A stretch of 248,000 bases of DNA from Octopus vulgaris (GCA_951406725.2 OX597825.1:14900001-15148000); one strand, 5' to 3'. Shown: positions 29,911 to 45,883, counted from the first letter of the stretch. Translations and numbers: made by a program. The notes: generated from the sequence alone by a model not told the origin.

Positions 29911-31194
29911 TAGAGTAACCCTCTTTTTCAACTTTCTAAACATTTACCTACCACCGCTTATCTTTTTGAAGTTTTCGCTCAGAAAGTCATTTTTTCAGAA
30001 AGAAATGTTTATCTCTTATATAACTTTCTCTTATATAAAAAAAAAATGCTTGTCCAGATTTATTTATTCTTGGTAAGACAAAGATAAGTGGCAATTAATA
30101 TAATGGGGAAAGCAACTTGCAAAGCTGAGGATAGAGCGCAGGTATTGGGCAAACACCTATTTTTCGCAGGCTTTAAAACACGCATAGTGTATCCAAATAT
30201 TATTTAGCCTCTAGGTACATGGCCTATACATGTTAAAAATCTGGAAAATTGAGAAATAACGAGAAACCGAGAAAAAGATTGAAGGTGGATTCAAAACCTG
30301 GTCCGGAGAATGAAACTGAAAATGAAAGGAAAAGACAAAAGGAATTAGAGTTATGTCCCTTATTATCAAAGGACCTTAAGGCGAGATTGTGTGGAATCAA
30401 CGATAAAGCTGCTCACTCCGGAGAGGGTGGTGCTCTCCAATTCACCAAAAGAAACTTGGACAATTGTTTACAATTTCTGAAAATTGTTTACAATTGTCAT
30501 CTAAAATTCAGCAGTAAGTTGGAATACTTACATCTAAAAATGATGTGAAGTAATTCATCTATGCATAACTCTTTTTGTTCTATTAATATATGGCATAGAT
30601 TTGTCTGCGACTTTCCATTCTACGACTTTCTATTCGTTTGCATGTTGGTCTACAAACACGATACGTAGCTAAATAACATAGAGGCTTTACTTTGTCCATG
30701 AGCAAGAAAGAAGCTAGGTGTTAACATAACGGCTTTTGAAGTCGCTATCGCAGAACGCGATGCAGTTCTTATTTTTGGTTAAGTTAGCATGTAACGTTGC
30801 TGCAACATCTGGTTTATCATGCAGCTCTGTTCGAGTGGACAAGCTCCAAGGAGTCGACAGTTTGTTGATGTTTGCAGGTAATAATTCTAGTTGTAGTGGA
30901 GAAACAGCTCTATAATGATTTAATCGAGCGTCTGCATTTGTGATTTTCTAGGAAATGTTTATTTGTGAAAGGCAGGAATCTTTTATCTGCATTAGTTTTA
31001 ACATTTAGGGAGAAACAAAATAACCCGTTAATGAAGTTCATGACATAATTTTATTTATTTCCTTGACATTTTAATTTGTCAGTACTGTTCTGTAATCGAC
31101 CTACACTTGGATCAGTAACTTTTGTACACAGAAATCTAACACCAGGTTTGTTAATATATCTATGCCTACGTGAAATAGGCTAAGCATTATAGCT

Positions 31195-31425
31195 ATTTCT
31201 TTACTACACACAAGGGGCTAAATACAGAGAGGACAAACAAGGACAGACAAACGGATTAAGTCGATTATATCAACCCCAGTGAGTAACTGGTACTTATTTA
31301 ATCGACCGCGAAAGGATGAAAGGCAATGTCGACCTCAGCGGAATTTGAACTCAGAATGTAGCGACAGACGAAATACTGCTAAGCATTTCGCCCGGCATCC
31401 TAACGACTCCGCCAGATCGCCGCCT
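31195..31425 (-). mobile_element. SINE group A
   Basis: Reverse match to the consensus including tail 1. Confidence 0.8.
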
Positions 31426-31698
31426 TCTAAGCATTATACCTAGCGTGGAAATTATATATGCGAGAGTTGCTATGAGCTTATGTTATGTAGAACAGATATG
31501 ATTAATGAATTATGAATAACTACGTATATTTGAAATTTTGGTGAGTGAAAGTATATTTCATTTCCCGCCTGTTTATTTTGCTGTTATAACCACAGGTAGC
31601 ACGCATTTTATGCTAATAATGTTCTTTCCACAGCAAAAATTTACATTGTTAGTTTGTGTATGTGTGTGTGTGTGCGTGTTTGTATGTTTTTGCATGTG

Positions 31699-31730
<32 letters not shown>

Positions 31731-32039
31731 CTTGCGTGTATGTCTCTGTTAGTTTGTTTTCGTGTCTGTTTGCCCCCACACACACACACACACTTGAGAA
31801 CCGGTGTAGGCTTGCTTACAACTCCGTAACTTGCTGTTCAGGAAAATTGGACAGACACAGCTAAGACAATGGGACCTGGTGTCGATTCATTCGGCTAAAA
31901 ATTGCTTAAGGTAGTGCCCCAGCACGGCCGCAGCCTAATGACTGAAATCAATAGTAAATAAAAGATATATATATATATATATATATACATCTCTCTCTTA
32001 CTTTCTCTCCCTCTCCCTCACTCTCTCTATATATATGTA

Positions 32040-32152
<113 letters not shown>

Positions 32153-33184
32153 GGTTGAGCCGTTAATTAGACTCATTTAAAACTATGTAAATATATATAT
32201 ATTGTTCATATTTTAATATGTGGAAATAGTATTAGATGATCAGTACGGAAATCGAATTACGAATACCGATAAAGAATATTAATGATGTAGATAATAATAA
32301 TTTTTGATGATGATGCTGATCATCATCATCACCCTACACATCTTTCTCATTATGATCGTGATAATAATGGCAATGCGACACTTCCTGATAATAAAAATAA
32401 ATCTATCACTTTAGAGTTTCATTAGTGTTATGAGGGTGGTATTTATAATAATGATGAGGATGGAAATTAATTTCGTTTTAAATCATCAATCTCGGCAACA
32501 ATACAAATTAGATGAAGAGAAATACCGAGGCAAAAATGTATGAATATTAATGAGCTGTGCAAAAGTTTTTATTAACTTTTGTGTCCGTTGTTTGCGAGAA
32601 GGTAATTACGTACAATATGAATGATTGTGTGCCCCTAGTGGTTTATACAATCACGTTAAGTAGGCAAGTGTTTGGTAAACTGTAAATACATTTGTTGAAG
32701 CTTGCAAGAACTTTAAATTACACGTAGTATATTAAAGTTGAGAAAGTCATTTTCGATATATCGGTATGCATCAGACATTAGTGGTTTGCAAAATAGACAG
32801 GGTGTGGAGCAAATTATGATATTATGCTGTAATATGTTAGGTTAGGTCAAACATCGTTCGAACTTTAAATCGTAGTTTTGGGAATGGTGCAAATCCTAAG
32901 TTTGAATAATGCTGATATAATCGACTGTTTATTTTACCATATGCTAACAAATAAATGTTATACATCTGATCTTTCCACCATTATGATTTAATATCTCCAA
33001 ATGTTTCCTTTTTATTTCTCTTCGTTCGGCATCGTTAAAACAAGATGTTGGTAAACGGAAGAGGTCGTATAACATATCCATTGTTATGTAGTATCCTCAT
33101 CCTCATCCTCATCTTTCCTCTTCTTATTATTATTATTATTATTAGTATCTTCTTATCTATTTATTATTATTAGCATTATTATCA

Positions 33185-33249
<65 letters not shown>

Positions 33250-33369
33250 TCATTATTAAAGCAGAGCCCATAGCACGCCGAAGAAAATGCTTAAAGTCAT
33301 TTCGACCGTCTTTACCTTATGAGTTCAAATTCCACCGATGTCAACTTTGCTTTCACCCTCTCGGGGTCG

Positions 33370-34240
33370 ATTAGCGAGTCTCACCGGATTGTAGAATCCC
33401 GCAGTATCTTAAGTTCTTTGTTCTCGATAACTCCTTCTGGTTATCGTTAGCACCATTTCCGCGCGCTCTCTTCAGACCGTATTTTCACATAGCCTCCAAT
33501 GGATGAACTTCGCCACATTTTCGTGCCTTCTGTTATAGTACTTTTGTGCCAGCTTGCTACACTCACTCATGATATGTGAGATTATTTCGTTTCTGCTGCC
33601 CCGCATACTACTCTTATCTATTTGGGAATTGGTGTAATTAGTTCTCAGAGCTAGTTAGTGGGAGCTGCATATCAATGCCTCAGTGCATCCTTTCAAATCA
33701 CCTTTCTTAGGCATCTCCAAGTGTCTTTTCTTTCGATTCTTCTGCCCATGCGATTATCCCTGCTCCATATCTAAGGATTGAAACCGCCCAGGTGCTGGTA
33801 TCTTCAATCTTATTCCGTTCGTTTAATTTCGACTTAAGGATCAGTCTCAGTCTGCTCAAGTACGCCACCTTAAATTTTTCTGTCATTTTTCTCCCTCAAC
33901 TTATCCATTTCCAGTATACCCAAGTATTCATAGCCCGTCTCATCTCTGTGCTTCATAACTTCCCCCGACGGTATCGTTAACGCATCCATACATTTGACTT
34001 TTGCTTCTATTCAAGACTAACACACCAGTCTTTCTCTGAACTCTATTTTGAAATCAGCACTGAAGGTACACACCGTATCAGCGAGGGAACTGATTTCGGC
34101 TTCATCTTTACCATAAAGTTTGAGGTTGTCCATGAATAACAATTGACTGAAATTTTGTTGGCGGTTTTTGAATACATACGCAGCTTTTGCTTTCCTCAGA
34201 ATTAGTGTTAGTGGTATTAAGCACATTTGTACTATGTCAT
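33370..34240 (-). mobile_element. Dong/R4-clade non-LTR retrotransposon fragment (RT C-terminal region)
   Basis: QLLFMDNLKLYGKDEAEISSL matches the R4/Dong RT motif HLLYMDDLKLY; stops and frameshifts present. Confidence 0.7.
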
Positions 34241-34680
34241 TGTTGTTATTATTATTGAGTGAGAGAGCAGCGCATGCCATCAAAGTGACGTTGGGGCAAA
34301 ATATACAAAGCCCAGTATACCCATCATGACTACCCGTCTGATAAGGGTACACTAGGCACATGCATCACAACCATATGTGCGCAGCATGGCGATCTCATAT
34401 CAAGATAAACAGCGCATTACCTTGCAGGTGGAGCCCAGTTAGAATTTTGTTTTTGGTCGAGTAATCCATCCCACTCAAAAGGTCCCTGAATAAGGGTTGT
34501 TTAAGGATGTTGAATGAAACACCCATGTTTCCAGAGGTGAATTATTCAAACCCCACAGAATCCTACTCAACACATGGCTATGATGCTTTCCCACTACTTC
34601 TGCTCGTGATCAGAGATGCACATATCGTGGGCCACTAAGGGACATGCGCAACTGGTTAAGGTCAAACAATTGACATGTAT
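34240..34680 (-). mobile_element. Unclassified retroposon-like repeat with (AAT)n tail, nested in the Dong fragment
   Basis: GC-richer block whose minus strand ends CTCTCTCACTCAATAATAATAACAAC; it interrupts the RT reading frame. Confidence 0.45.
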
Positions 34681-36964
34681 TAGTAGTGGTAGTAGTAGTA
34701 ACAACCGGCGTTATTATTATTATTATTGTTATTATTCTTTGGGGAGAATCAACGCTTGAATAAATGCTATAACAAAAATTACCCCATCAACTTATACCAA
34801 GGAACGTCCGTCTTGTATAATTTGCATATCTTGTAAAATCATTATTGTTCCACCGTTATGGTGGAATATAGTCTGTCGTCTGTGTATCATCATAACAACG
34901 ATGAGCCGACTGGTTGTGTACAGAGAATCTAATCCAGGAATCTAATCCACAGAGAATCTAATCCACGGAAAAGAATATGTAGTTTATGCATATAACTGAA
35001 ATAAAATTTCTGTTTTGTTTTGACAATTCAAGTACAAATATTGTTTCAGAGGAATACGTAGTATTGCATATCTTCATCAAAGAAACGCACGCAAAAGAAA
35101 AAAATACATACCTGCTGAACAGAAAAGGTTGTTTACAACAATTGTAAATATTTACAAGAACAATGGACTGGAAAATAACATACACACAAATAATATACAC
35201 ACAGGTAATATATGCACAAAGATGAAGACGATAAAAACCAGCGAGCTGCAAGCAAAACAATAGCTTCAACGTCAACATACATAACTCAAGCTGCAACAGA
35301 AACATGTCTTCCAACAGCAACAGGAACAAAGAAAATCTCTAGCAGCTGTTCCTTAATATTACATGTAACATGGTTGTATTGTAGATTTCGCTCAAATCAA
35401 GTCAGACAATGAAAAAGGTAGTTTGAAAAATGTAGTTTGTCACAAATATGAGAATGAATGTCTTTGCTTGAAAACTTTAGAGTACAAGTACGAAGGTGAC
35501 TCAACATTACTTTGTGAAGGACGGATTTGCCCAAATACATCTTCAAGGAAAAGCCAGATTTACCGAAATTGCTGGATAATATATAGTATTTCATATTCTA
35601 TGTAGATACGGCATGCGGAAGAGTGTATGTGGTCCGCAAAAAGCGACTAAAATCGGACCGATTCAGCGCCACAAACCTGAGCATGGGTTACTGTAACATA
35701 TTAGGTAACTAACATGATTGCTGTAGCAGGACATATTAGCCTCCTAACTTGTGAATACAGATATATGGACTCTCAGACTATCGCCATATATAAGTTATCC
35801 AAATGGTAGTTGACGAATTTTGGAGTGACGTAAAATAAGGTGACTGTTCGGCACAGCCTGGTTCTGATGAGTTGAGAACACATTAGAGCTTTAGCATACC
35901 TGCATACCATTGCTGGTGTAGATAAAATGTTATAAGAAAAAGTGTTTCTGATAGAAGGCTCAGCTGTCAACCGCCTGATCGCTTAGAGGTACTTAAACGA
36001 AACTCTTTGAAAAGGTAAGAAATGAAAGAAATTAATCAACAGCGGAAACAGAAGTTGCTACGGTAGTACCAAATCCTGGAGTCAGTTGTTTGTATAATAC
36101 CACATCCTCATATTTAGAAGGTGATGGGCGGGGTCGGGTTGCCTTCACCAACAAGTAAAAGGAAGACGCTCTTACTCTTTTGCTATGTTATTGGTTTCAG
36201 TCATTTTGACTGTGTCATGCTGGGGCATCGCCTTTAGTCGAACAAAGGATCCCAGGAATCATTCTTTGTAAGCCTAGTACTTTTTGTATCGGTGTCTTTT
36301 GCAGAACTGCTAAGTGACGGGGACGTAAACACACCGACACTGGTTGACAAGTGATGGTTGTGGGGAGTCAAACACAGACACACACACACACATACACACA
36401 CATACACGACGGACTTCTTTCAGTCATTCGGTTTCCGTCTACCAAATCCGCTCACTAGTCTTTGGTCGACCCGAGACTACAGTAGACGACACTAGCTGGA
36501 GATGCCACGCAGTGGAACTGAACGCGAAACCATATGGTTGGTAAGCAAGCTACTTACTTCACAGCCACGCTTGCGCCAAAGATAATGATAATAGCAAAAT
36601 CACAATGTTATCTTTGTTTAAAATACTTTTGTATGATAGCTATACACTCTTGTCATGATTTATTTATGATAGGTTTATGAGAAATATATATTTGTAGAAG
36701 ATAAAAGAGGCAATGATGAATATAAGCTACTGTAAATATACAAATGGAGTAGAAATATATCTGAAGTTGTGTGAGTGCAGACACATCAAATTTTAAACTA
36801 TGTATTTAGGATATAATGAATTGTATTTGTTTAAAGATTTCCCACGCCGTCGCTTGAATAATCGACATATGCAGATTAATATACATGATATAAGCGGAAA
36901 AGGAAAAACAGATATTTGTGAAGTAATCTTAATGAATGGTGTAAATAGAATTATGGAATTGAAC

Positions 36965-37204
36965 ATGGGTGCTCTTTTTTCTCTTTTACTTCTTTCAGTC
37001 ATGTGACAGTTGTCATGCTGGAGCAGCGCCTTTATTCGAGCAAATCGAGTCCAGGACTTATTCTTTGTAAGCCTAGTACTTTTTTCTATTGGTTCCTATT
37101 GCCGAACCGCTAATTTACGGGGACGTAAATACACCAGCATCGATTGTCAAGCGATGTTGGGGAGACAAACACAGACACACATATACACAAACACACACAC
37201 ATAT

Positions 37205-37254
<50 letters not shown>

Positions 37255-37415
37255 GACGGGCTTCTTTCGGTTTCCGTCTACCAAATCCACTCACAAGGCT
37301 TTGCACGGCCCGAGGCTACAGTAGAAGTCACCTGCCCAAGGTGCCACGCAGTGGGGCTGAACGCGGAACCATGTGGTTCTTAAGCAAGCTACTTAACACA
37401 GCCACTCCTACGCCT
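36965..37415 (-). mobile_element. SINE group B
   Basis: Near full-length match; an older copy lies at 36172-36578. Confidence 0.8.
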
Positions 37416-40400
37416 CTAATAAGAAGCACTCAAAGATGATCAGGGAAGTCAGTTCGAGTACACATTCTATAGAGTAACAGGTTCAAATGCGAATTTATCA
37501 AGTTTACCCACAAACATACGAGACAAAAATGTAACACTCTATTACAAATGCAAATATATTTACGGCATATATTTCCCAAAACACACAAGCAAACATTTTG
37601 AAACTACTCATCAAGCATAAAAAAAATTGTCATTATTTGAAATGTCGATCGCCGAGTTGATCTAACTCATCGAGTTATATCGAAGCATATTCATGAGGCT
37701 AATAAAAAAAAAAGTTATTGCTTTGTTAGAGCGGGAAGAGTTAGTTATCAAATTATTTGGTACTACGTTTCAACTAGTACAGGCAGAAACTAATTTACTT
37801 TCGTGGTTTGGAGTCTTCCAAACATCAAGGATTGAAACATTCTATTAATTATTTGTAAGATAATTACATATTTGTTTATAACATAGTACATTTATGTAAA
37901 TAATTGAACTTTACTTTGAAAGTAAGAATAATGCTACTGGGAAGTATAATTGTTAAGATTATTCACAATAGGGGTCTCTTTCTTTGTCTTCTGATTAAAC
38001 ATTTTCTATCAAAAATTAAGTGTTTAGCACTATACTTGGCGATGATTACCCGAAAATGTATCCACTACTTAGTTCCGTCTAGCAAAATGACATAGTTAAA
38101 AACAGCTTTGAGGAAAATATGATGAAACGTCTAGAATAAAATCTAAGCTGTGTCATCTAATCTTCATAAGAAAACCAAGCTCAACTATGATTGTATTGGC
38201 TCGTTTTGAAAAATATGGTTACTCTTCCACACAACACATGACAAAACATGCGTAAAATCCTAGCCATCTTTTTCGCCAGATAAGATCTACTACAGAATAT
38301 CTATTTTATACTGCTTTGAAAGTATAAATGCAGCATTCGGTGAACGTTTCAATGTTAAGTACATAGCATTTCTTGCTAAATATTTCACAATGTCTGAAAA
38401 TAAGACAGAAGAAAGAAAGCGAAAGTGTACACCAATACCCTATTATATTTATGGAGATTTTGCAACAGAAATTTTATGCAAATTCCGCCGAGGTCGACTT
38501 TGCCTTTCATCATTTCGGGGGTCCGCTAATTAAGTACCAAATTTAATCGACTTAATCCCTTTGTTTGTCCTTGTGTGTGCCCTCTATGTTCAGCCCTTTG
38601 TGGGTAATAAAGAAATAAGAAATGTTATGCTTAGTCCCATTGCATAAAGTAAGCTTTGGAAAGGGAAGTGAAAAATTAATTATTGTTAAATGTATTAACA
38701 GACTATATACATATTCCTGTATTCTAAACAATCCGCCATGGTAACATACACGAAAAAACATTTTAGCGAAGTCAAATATACTTTTGAAGGTCTATTTTGT
38801 CTCTATTTGAATTCTTTCATTAAGCAAGAGTGTGCATAGGATCTAAAATTCAGAGAGAAATTTATTTTGATAGTTTTATTATAAATGTGACTAATAAAAC
38901 AATCTAAAAATCCACTTTATTATGCTTATCGATGGTTCGTATAATGTATGTCGTTATTTTTTTCATTGTGCTGCACACACAAGTGACTATTCCGTTGAAT
39001 TATGTTTCAACAATCTAACTTCAAAATCTGTTTTTAGTCATATTTTATCATAACCATATTTTCCAAATCAAAAGAAAATCTACGAATATTTCATGCAGGA
39101 TTTAATGGTCTTGTTGGAAATGTAATCTTCAAATTTTAGGGGATATGCGCATGAAACAAAATCTTTTTACACTTTTTGCAAAATGTGTATCGCAGGTCTT
39201 CACTGTAGGCGCGAACGACAAAAATTATGACTGAATTAAAATGTTTGTGAAATGACTATAATTGCTATTACGGAGATGTACTTGCATAGCAAGTGATTTG
39301 ATCTTGAGATCGTGTACTGAAACGAAAACAATTCCTGCATGGAAGGTGTTTGTAAGCCATTTAAGAAACATATAAAAGCCGTTCGATTCACTTCAACAGT
39401 TGAACAGGTCGCGGTCTTATAGCGACGAAAATATTTTGACAAATTAATCCTAAATGTTGAAGTGAATCGATCGTCTTTTGTGTGTTTCTTAAATGGCTTA
39501 CAAACACCTTCCACACAGCAATTGTTATAAATGCTATACTTTGGCTTTATTATATAACTATATAGATACTTGTTTCAGTCATTTGACCGCGGCCAGCTGG
39601 AGCACAGTTTTTAGTCCAGCAAATCGCCCCCAGGGTTTATTCTTTGTAAGCCTAGTACTTATTCTATCAGTTTCTTTTGTCGAACCCCTAAGTTACGGGA
39701 ACTTAAACACACCAGCATCCGTTGTCAAGCGATGTTTGGAGGACAAACTCAAATACACACACACACACATATATATATATATATGTATGTCTCATATATA
39801 AGAATATTATTTAAGCAACTGTATATATAAGTCACATTAAGTTTTAACTAGCTATAAACATTATTATATCACGACACTTTCACGAGGCAGGGGGCGGTGG
39901 TGAACCCTGCTGTACTTTTTCACCACAATTTTCTCTCACTCTTAATTTGTTTCTGTTGTACCTCTATTTCAAAGGACCAGGCTTGTCACACTCTGTGTCA
40001 CGTTGAATGTTCCCGAGAATTACGTTAAGGGTACACGTAAATTTGACGAGTAGGCTGCCCCTTTGAGTGGATCAACTGGAACCCTCGTCGTCGTAACCGA
40101 TGGAGTGCCCTCATATTTAAATGTGTTGCTATTATAGGTAAATAACTGAATTGTGGTCGACATATGTTAGCGTATAGATAGCGCTAGGATAATCAATAGT
40201 AATCAGATACGTCTGTTAATAATTTTAACTATATTGTAATTTAAGATATTCTGTGAAGCTCCTGTGAAGCCTTTTGATATGATAGTGTATTTAGCTAGTT
40301 AAAATTTAATGTGACTCGTATATACAGTTGCTTAAATGATATTCTTATATATAAGGCATACCAACAAACATTTACGTATGAATAGTTATAAATATATATC

Positions 40401-40911
40401 CATACGATAATGTAAAAGCCTTAGAGATCCGTTAGAGAATATTAAATCATAAAATCCATTACTTTTTCATGTAGAAGTTTTATAAATGTCACAAAAATAC
40501 CTACTTCGGGAGTATGTATATCCTTAATAATAATTCACTTCAAGAATTCACAGAAAATATAAATCAAAACTTTTTTTTACTCTATACTCAGCGTGTTTCT
40601 GATAATTCTATTGTGAAATATTTCCAGGAAGAAAGGGCTCTAATTTCGAGTGTGCAATGAATTTTTTCTATATTTCAAAGAATTCTATAGCCAAAATTAA
40701 TAAATAGATGAGTCCGATATCTAAAAGGATCCCCTACGTTGCAATATATTGAATCTAAGTAAATGTTTCAGGCTCTAATGAATAAATATTCCATAACCAA
40801 CATTATCTCTCTTTCGTTAACTTTGAAGTACTTTAACTTCTGTGGCTCGCTGCATTATTCATACGTAATACGTTTGCACATATATACACTTACACGCCCA
40901 AATATCACATA

Positions 40912-40960
<49 letters not shown>

Positions 40961-41128
40961 GCTGAACTCCAAAAGCATTAGGCTTTTATATCCTTCAAAC
41001 ATTCTTGTTAATTCTGATTTTCAATAGTTTTTCTTCCTTAAAAAACATCGTAGTAACTCACTCTGCTAGTGTATGAGCCTGGTCTTACACAGAAAAAACA
41101 TTTAAACATTGCACAGACATACACACAA

Positions 41129-41210
<82 letters not shown>

Positions 41211-41270
41211 TATGTGTGTGTGTGTATGTATATATATGCACGTAAATATGTGCATGTATAAATATATATG

Positions 41271-41301
<31 letters not shown>

Positions 41302-41610
41302 GTATATATATATGTATATATATATATATATATAAATATATATATGTATAAATATATATATGTATAAATATATATATGTATAAATATATATATGTATAAA
41401 TATATATATGTATAAATATATATATGTATAAATATATATATGTATATATATATATATGTATAAATATATATATGTATATATATATATATGTATAAATATA
41501 TATATGTATATATATATATATATGTATAAATATATATATGTATATATATATATATATATAAATAAAATGAGATAGGGGTTGTAAATTCATGTTTCTCCAT
41601 TTTCTCATTT

Positions 41611-41652
<42 letters not shown>

Positions 41653-41842
41653 TATATACGTATGTATGTACACATCATTAAACAGTGACATTTAGTAATA
41701 CTTTAATTTTATTGTTTGGTATGAGATTTTGCAACAATGGGGAGATCGTTTTGTAATGGACACAAAGGAGATATTGAATATTGAATTCGAACTCAGTCTC
41801 TATAAATGACCGGAATATAATGTCTAATGTCTAATATATGTG

Positions 41843-41893
<51 letters not shown>

Positions 41894-42263
41894 CATATAT
41901 AGAGAGAGATTTATAGATATAGATATATGTATGTATGTGTGTATATATATATATATATGTATGCCATTCTTCAGTTATGTTTTAGGACTTCTTACCATTA
42001 AAGAAAGAGCCGGTTTCTAACCTAGATCCAAGGCACGTTCATTGGAATTTCAACATCAATAAGAGGGTATTTTCGCTTGTATGCATGTTTATGTGGAGGT
42101 TTGCATGTTTTCTTTTATGTATGTATTCTCATGCTTATAGTAGCATATCTTGGCATACTCATATATATTTAAATAATAAACTTCTGGAAAGTTTTACATA
42201 TTTTTAGAGTTCCAGTGATGGAACGGATCCGTAGGCCTTGAAATAGCTTTCTCCTTTCTGATA

Positions 42264-42294
<31 letters not shown>

Positions 42295-42317
42295 CCATAT
42301 ATATACATATACATACA

Positions 42318-42962
42318 GCGGTAAGAAGCTTGCTTCCCAACCAAAAGGTTCCGGGTTCAGTCCCATTGCGTTGCACCTTGGGCAAGTGTCTACACCTATA
42401 GCCTCGGCCGAGCAAAGCCTTGTGAGAGGATTCGGTTGACGGAAACTGAAAGAAGCCCGTCGTATATATGTGTATGTGTGTATGTGCGTGCCCGTGCTGC
42501 CGCGCGTTTGTGTCTGTCTGTATTTGTCCCTCTGTCGTCATCATTATTTCTTTACTACGCGCAAGGGGCTAAACACAGAGAAGACAAACAAGGACAGACA
42601 AACGGATTAAGTCGATTATATCGACCCCAGTGCGTAACTGGTACTTATTTAATCGACCCCGAAAGGATGAAAGAGCAAAGTCGACCTCGACGGAATTTGA
42701 ACTCACTACGCAGCGGCGGACGAAATACGACAAAGCATTTCGCCCGGCGCGCTAACGTTTCTGCTAGCTCGCAGCCATCACTTGACAACTGATGCACGTG
42801 AGTTTATACTCCCGTAACCTAGCGGTTCGGCAAAAGACGGATAGAAGAAGTGCTAGACTTACAAAGAACAAGTCCTGGGGATCATTTCCTCAACTAAAAC
42901 ACTTTAAAGCGGTGCTCCAGCGTGGATGGAATAGAATGACTGAAACAAGGAAATGAATTAAA
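42318..42962 (+). mobile_element. SINE B interrupted by an antisense SINE A (42545-42780)
   Basis: The B sequence resumes at CATCACTTGACAACTGATGC after the A copy. Confidence 0.75.
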
Positions 42963-42981
42963 GGACAAAAAATATATACAT

Positions 42982-43040
<59 letters not shown>

Positions 43041-43099
43041 TACATACACACATACATACATGCATATATATATACATACATACACACATACATACATGC

Positions 43100-43156
<57 letters not shown>

Positions 43157-44697
43157 CATGCTCACTTTCAAACATATGTCCATATGTACGTGTGCGCGTG
43201 CCTGTGTGTTTATACAAGCGTATGAATATTTATGAGTATGTGTTCCTGTGTGCCTCCATGTGTGTGTATCCACTTAAGTGCACATGTATATTGTATATCC
43301 TTTTATGTGTACACACATAATATTGTATAAGTCAGACAGTATTTACTGCCATAGAAATCTCTGATACTGAGACTTCTGAAACGAATTTTATTAGCAATTC
43401 ATGCTTATCCATCTCATTGAAAAAAACGGCAGAATTAAAACATGAAACTTATCTCAACAACAAGAATGGGAACTTGAAACGCTCCAATCTTTCCAATGAC
43501 AACTCTAAAGCGAAAACTTTGAATATTTATAGTAAATTTTTGCAAGATGTTCCCATGAATAAATAAATGTAAATACATAGCAAATGAAATGCTTTCATAG
43601 ATGAGGTGCTGCCACAGAGAAATTCGGTAAATTCACTTGTATGTTGATTGATTCTAACCTCAATATCAATTCACATGTCAAATTAATGAAGTGTATTATT
43701 CGATGTGTACTTCAGAATTACAGACTGTTGCAGAGATCGTATGCTTTTCACTAGATTAGTTTTCTCTTAGTTGTTGTGTGGTATTTTCGCTTTGAGCATC
43801 TTTTCATTTAAGAGGATATTTAATATCGATGCATAGGTCAAGATGGCTTAGATATATCAAAGTGTCGATGAAGCATATCGTTAGCATAAAGTAATGAATT
43901 TTCATTGACACGACTTTCTATTATCCTTTTGGCGATAAATAACCAAACTAATTAATTTAGCACATCAAGAAGCTTTAGTCGTAAACTAGACGCGCTGATT
44001 ATGTGCCTAAAATATAGTTCTGGCGACAATAATAAGATCTCAAACACCGAAAGTAGTATCTTCCCACGAGTTATTAGTTATTAGAGTAATTTAATTTAAA
44101 TATGCTTATTTTGCTCTAAAACTGATACTAATTACAAAAAACTGTATTAATTACTAAGCAGTTCTCACTTCTCACTTTCTTCCTTGTTCTTGCTGTTGAT
44201 GACTGAATGATTAAATTTTCTAATTTATGAGGAAAGCAAGCCAAATCGATCTCTTACTCCGTCTCTGAAATGGACGGGATCATATAATTATACAAACGAA
44301 TCCAGTCAAATCAGTATGGCTATGAAAATTCCTACAAAACAGTCAATCATCATACTTTTCTTTCACTTGTTTTAGATTTCCATCTCCGCTGTTGAGAGCA
44401 AATATTTAATGTCAAACATTATAGTATGGAATTGTGGGGGTTTTCTGAGTAAGGGGCGTCCAATGTTCAATAGTAGAGCAATCGAGTTTTTTTTATTATA
44501 CGTCAGCAAAATTGTTAGCAACAAATTCAGCAGAGATCCCTCCTAGTGGTTTGTATTAAAATATGAATACGAGAATACTGTAACGGTATAGATTATGTTG
44601 TATTGGTACATGACCATAGCGAAAGGAAAACTTCGAGATTTGTGCAATATGTTGCTATTGAACAGCTGCTATGTACTTGGAAGGCAATTTCGATTTC

Positions 44698-45117
44698 GAG
44701 GACTTAATAAACGGCAAACTAAATAATATAATGTGCTTAATACAGAGACGCAAAATTTTAGCCAAATAAAACCGTGAAGTGTCTGTAAGGCAATAATCAA
44801 AACGGAGGTTATTTGAAATATGTTTTCACGTATTTTGGGAGATCTTTCATACAAAAACATCTAAAAGAAATGTTGCTAAATGTTATTAAAGTTTATTACG
44901 ATTAGGAGGACTTAATAAACGACAAACTAAATAATATAATGTGCTAAATCTAAATAATATAATGTATTTAATTTTAGCCAAATAAAACCGTGATGTGTGA
45001 CGGTAAGGCAATAATAACAACGTGGAATATTCAAAATATGTTGTCACGTATTTTGGGGATCATTCATACAAAACATCTAAGAGAAATGTTGCTAAATGTT
45101 ATTAAAGTTTATTACGT
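44698..45117. repeat. Local tandem duplication, about 200-bp unit x2
   Basis: GAGGACTTAATAAAC..AAACTAAATAATATAATGTGC through AAATGTTGCTAAATGTTATTAAAGTTTATTACG occurs twice. Confidence 0.85.
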
Positions 45118-45605
45118 AATTTTGAATCGTAATAGTAAATAGCTAACAGTAGCCTACTATGTACATTCGTACGGATTTAAAACTTTGATTAAAACCCTTA
45201 TATACGAAAATACATGACAAAAATATCTTCTCTTTGTATCAGATGAATGTTGGCTTAATTAGAAGCCACATAGAAATCAATGGAAGATTATTGTTAACAA
45301 CGTAAATTCATTATAATTAACCAGCTATTTATTTTTTATTTATTTATTCTAAACAAAATTTAAAGCAATCCTGTGAACCAAATGAACTGACTGAATTAGA
45401 GTTTCTACCATCAGTAAATGTTATTTTATAACGATACTTACATTAACTCTAACAAATTTATGCTATTCATTTCCAGAAATTTCTATACAATTCAAAATAC
45501 TAATTTATTTTTTTCAAACAAATTTCCACATGGTATGTAGAAGAATTTGTGTTACATTTTCACTCCAGTAAATCCAAAGCTATTTCTTATTACATTTAGC
45601 AAACC

Positions 45606-45663
<58 letters not shown>

Positions 45664-45883
45664 ATAGCTTTACAGAAATAATATGTATGCATATACGTGT
45701 AGGTGAAACTAGCTCTTAACAAACAGTTCGATATTACGTGCCGTGTTCGTCTAATGTTACGTAAATGTAACATACCACGTTTTAGAAGTTATTATATTGC
45801 TAGTATATTGCAAAGCATTACTTATACACATCTATTGTGTACAAATCGAGACATTGCAATCTCCTGTCTTTGTGATACATATA

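Noticed and set aside
30249-30548. 99-aa ORF with basic, NLS-like N-terminus
   Set aside because: No domain recognised; may be a LINE zinc-finger remnant; no splice evidence.
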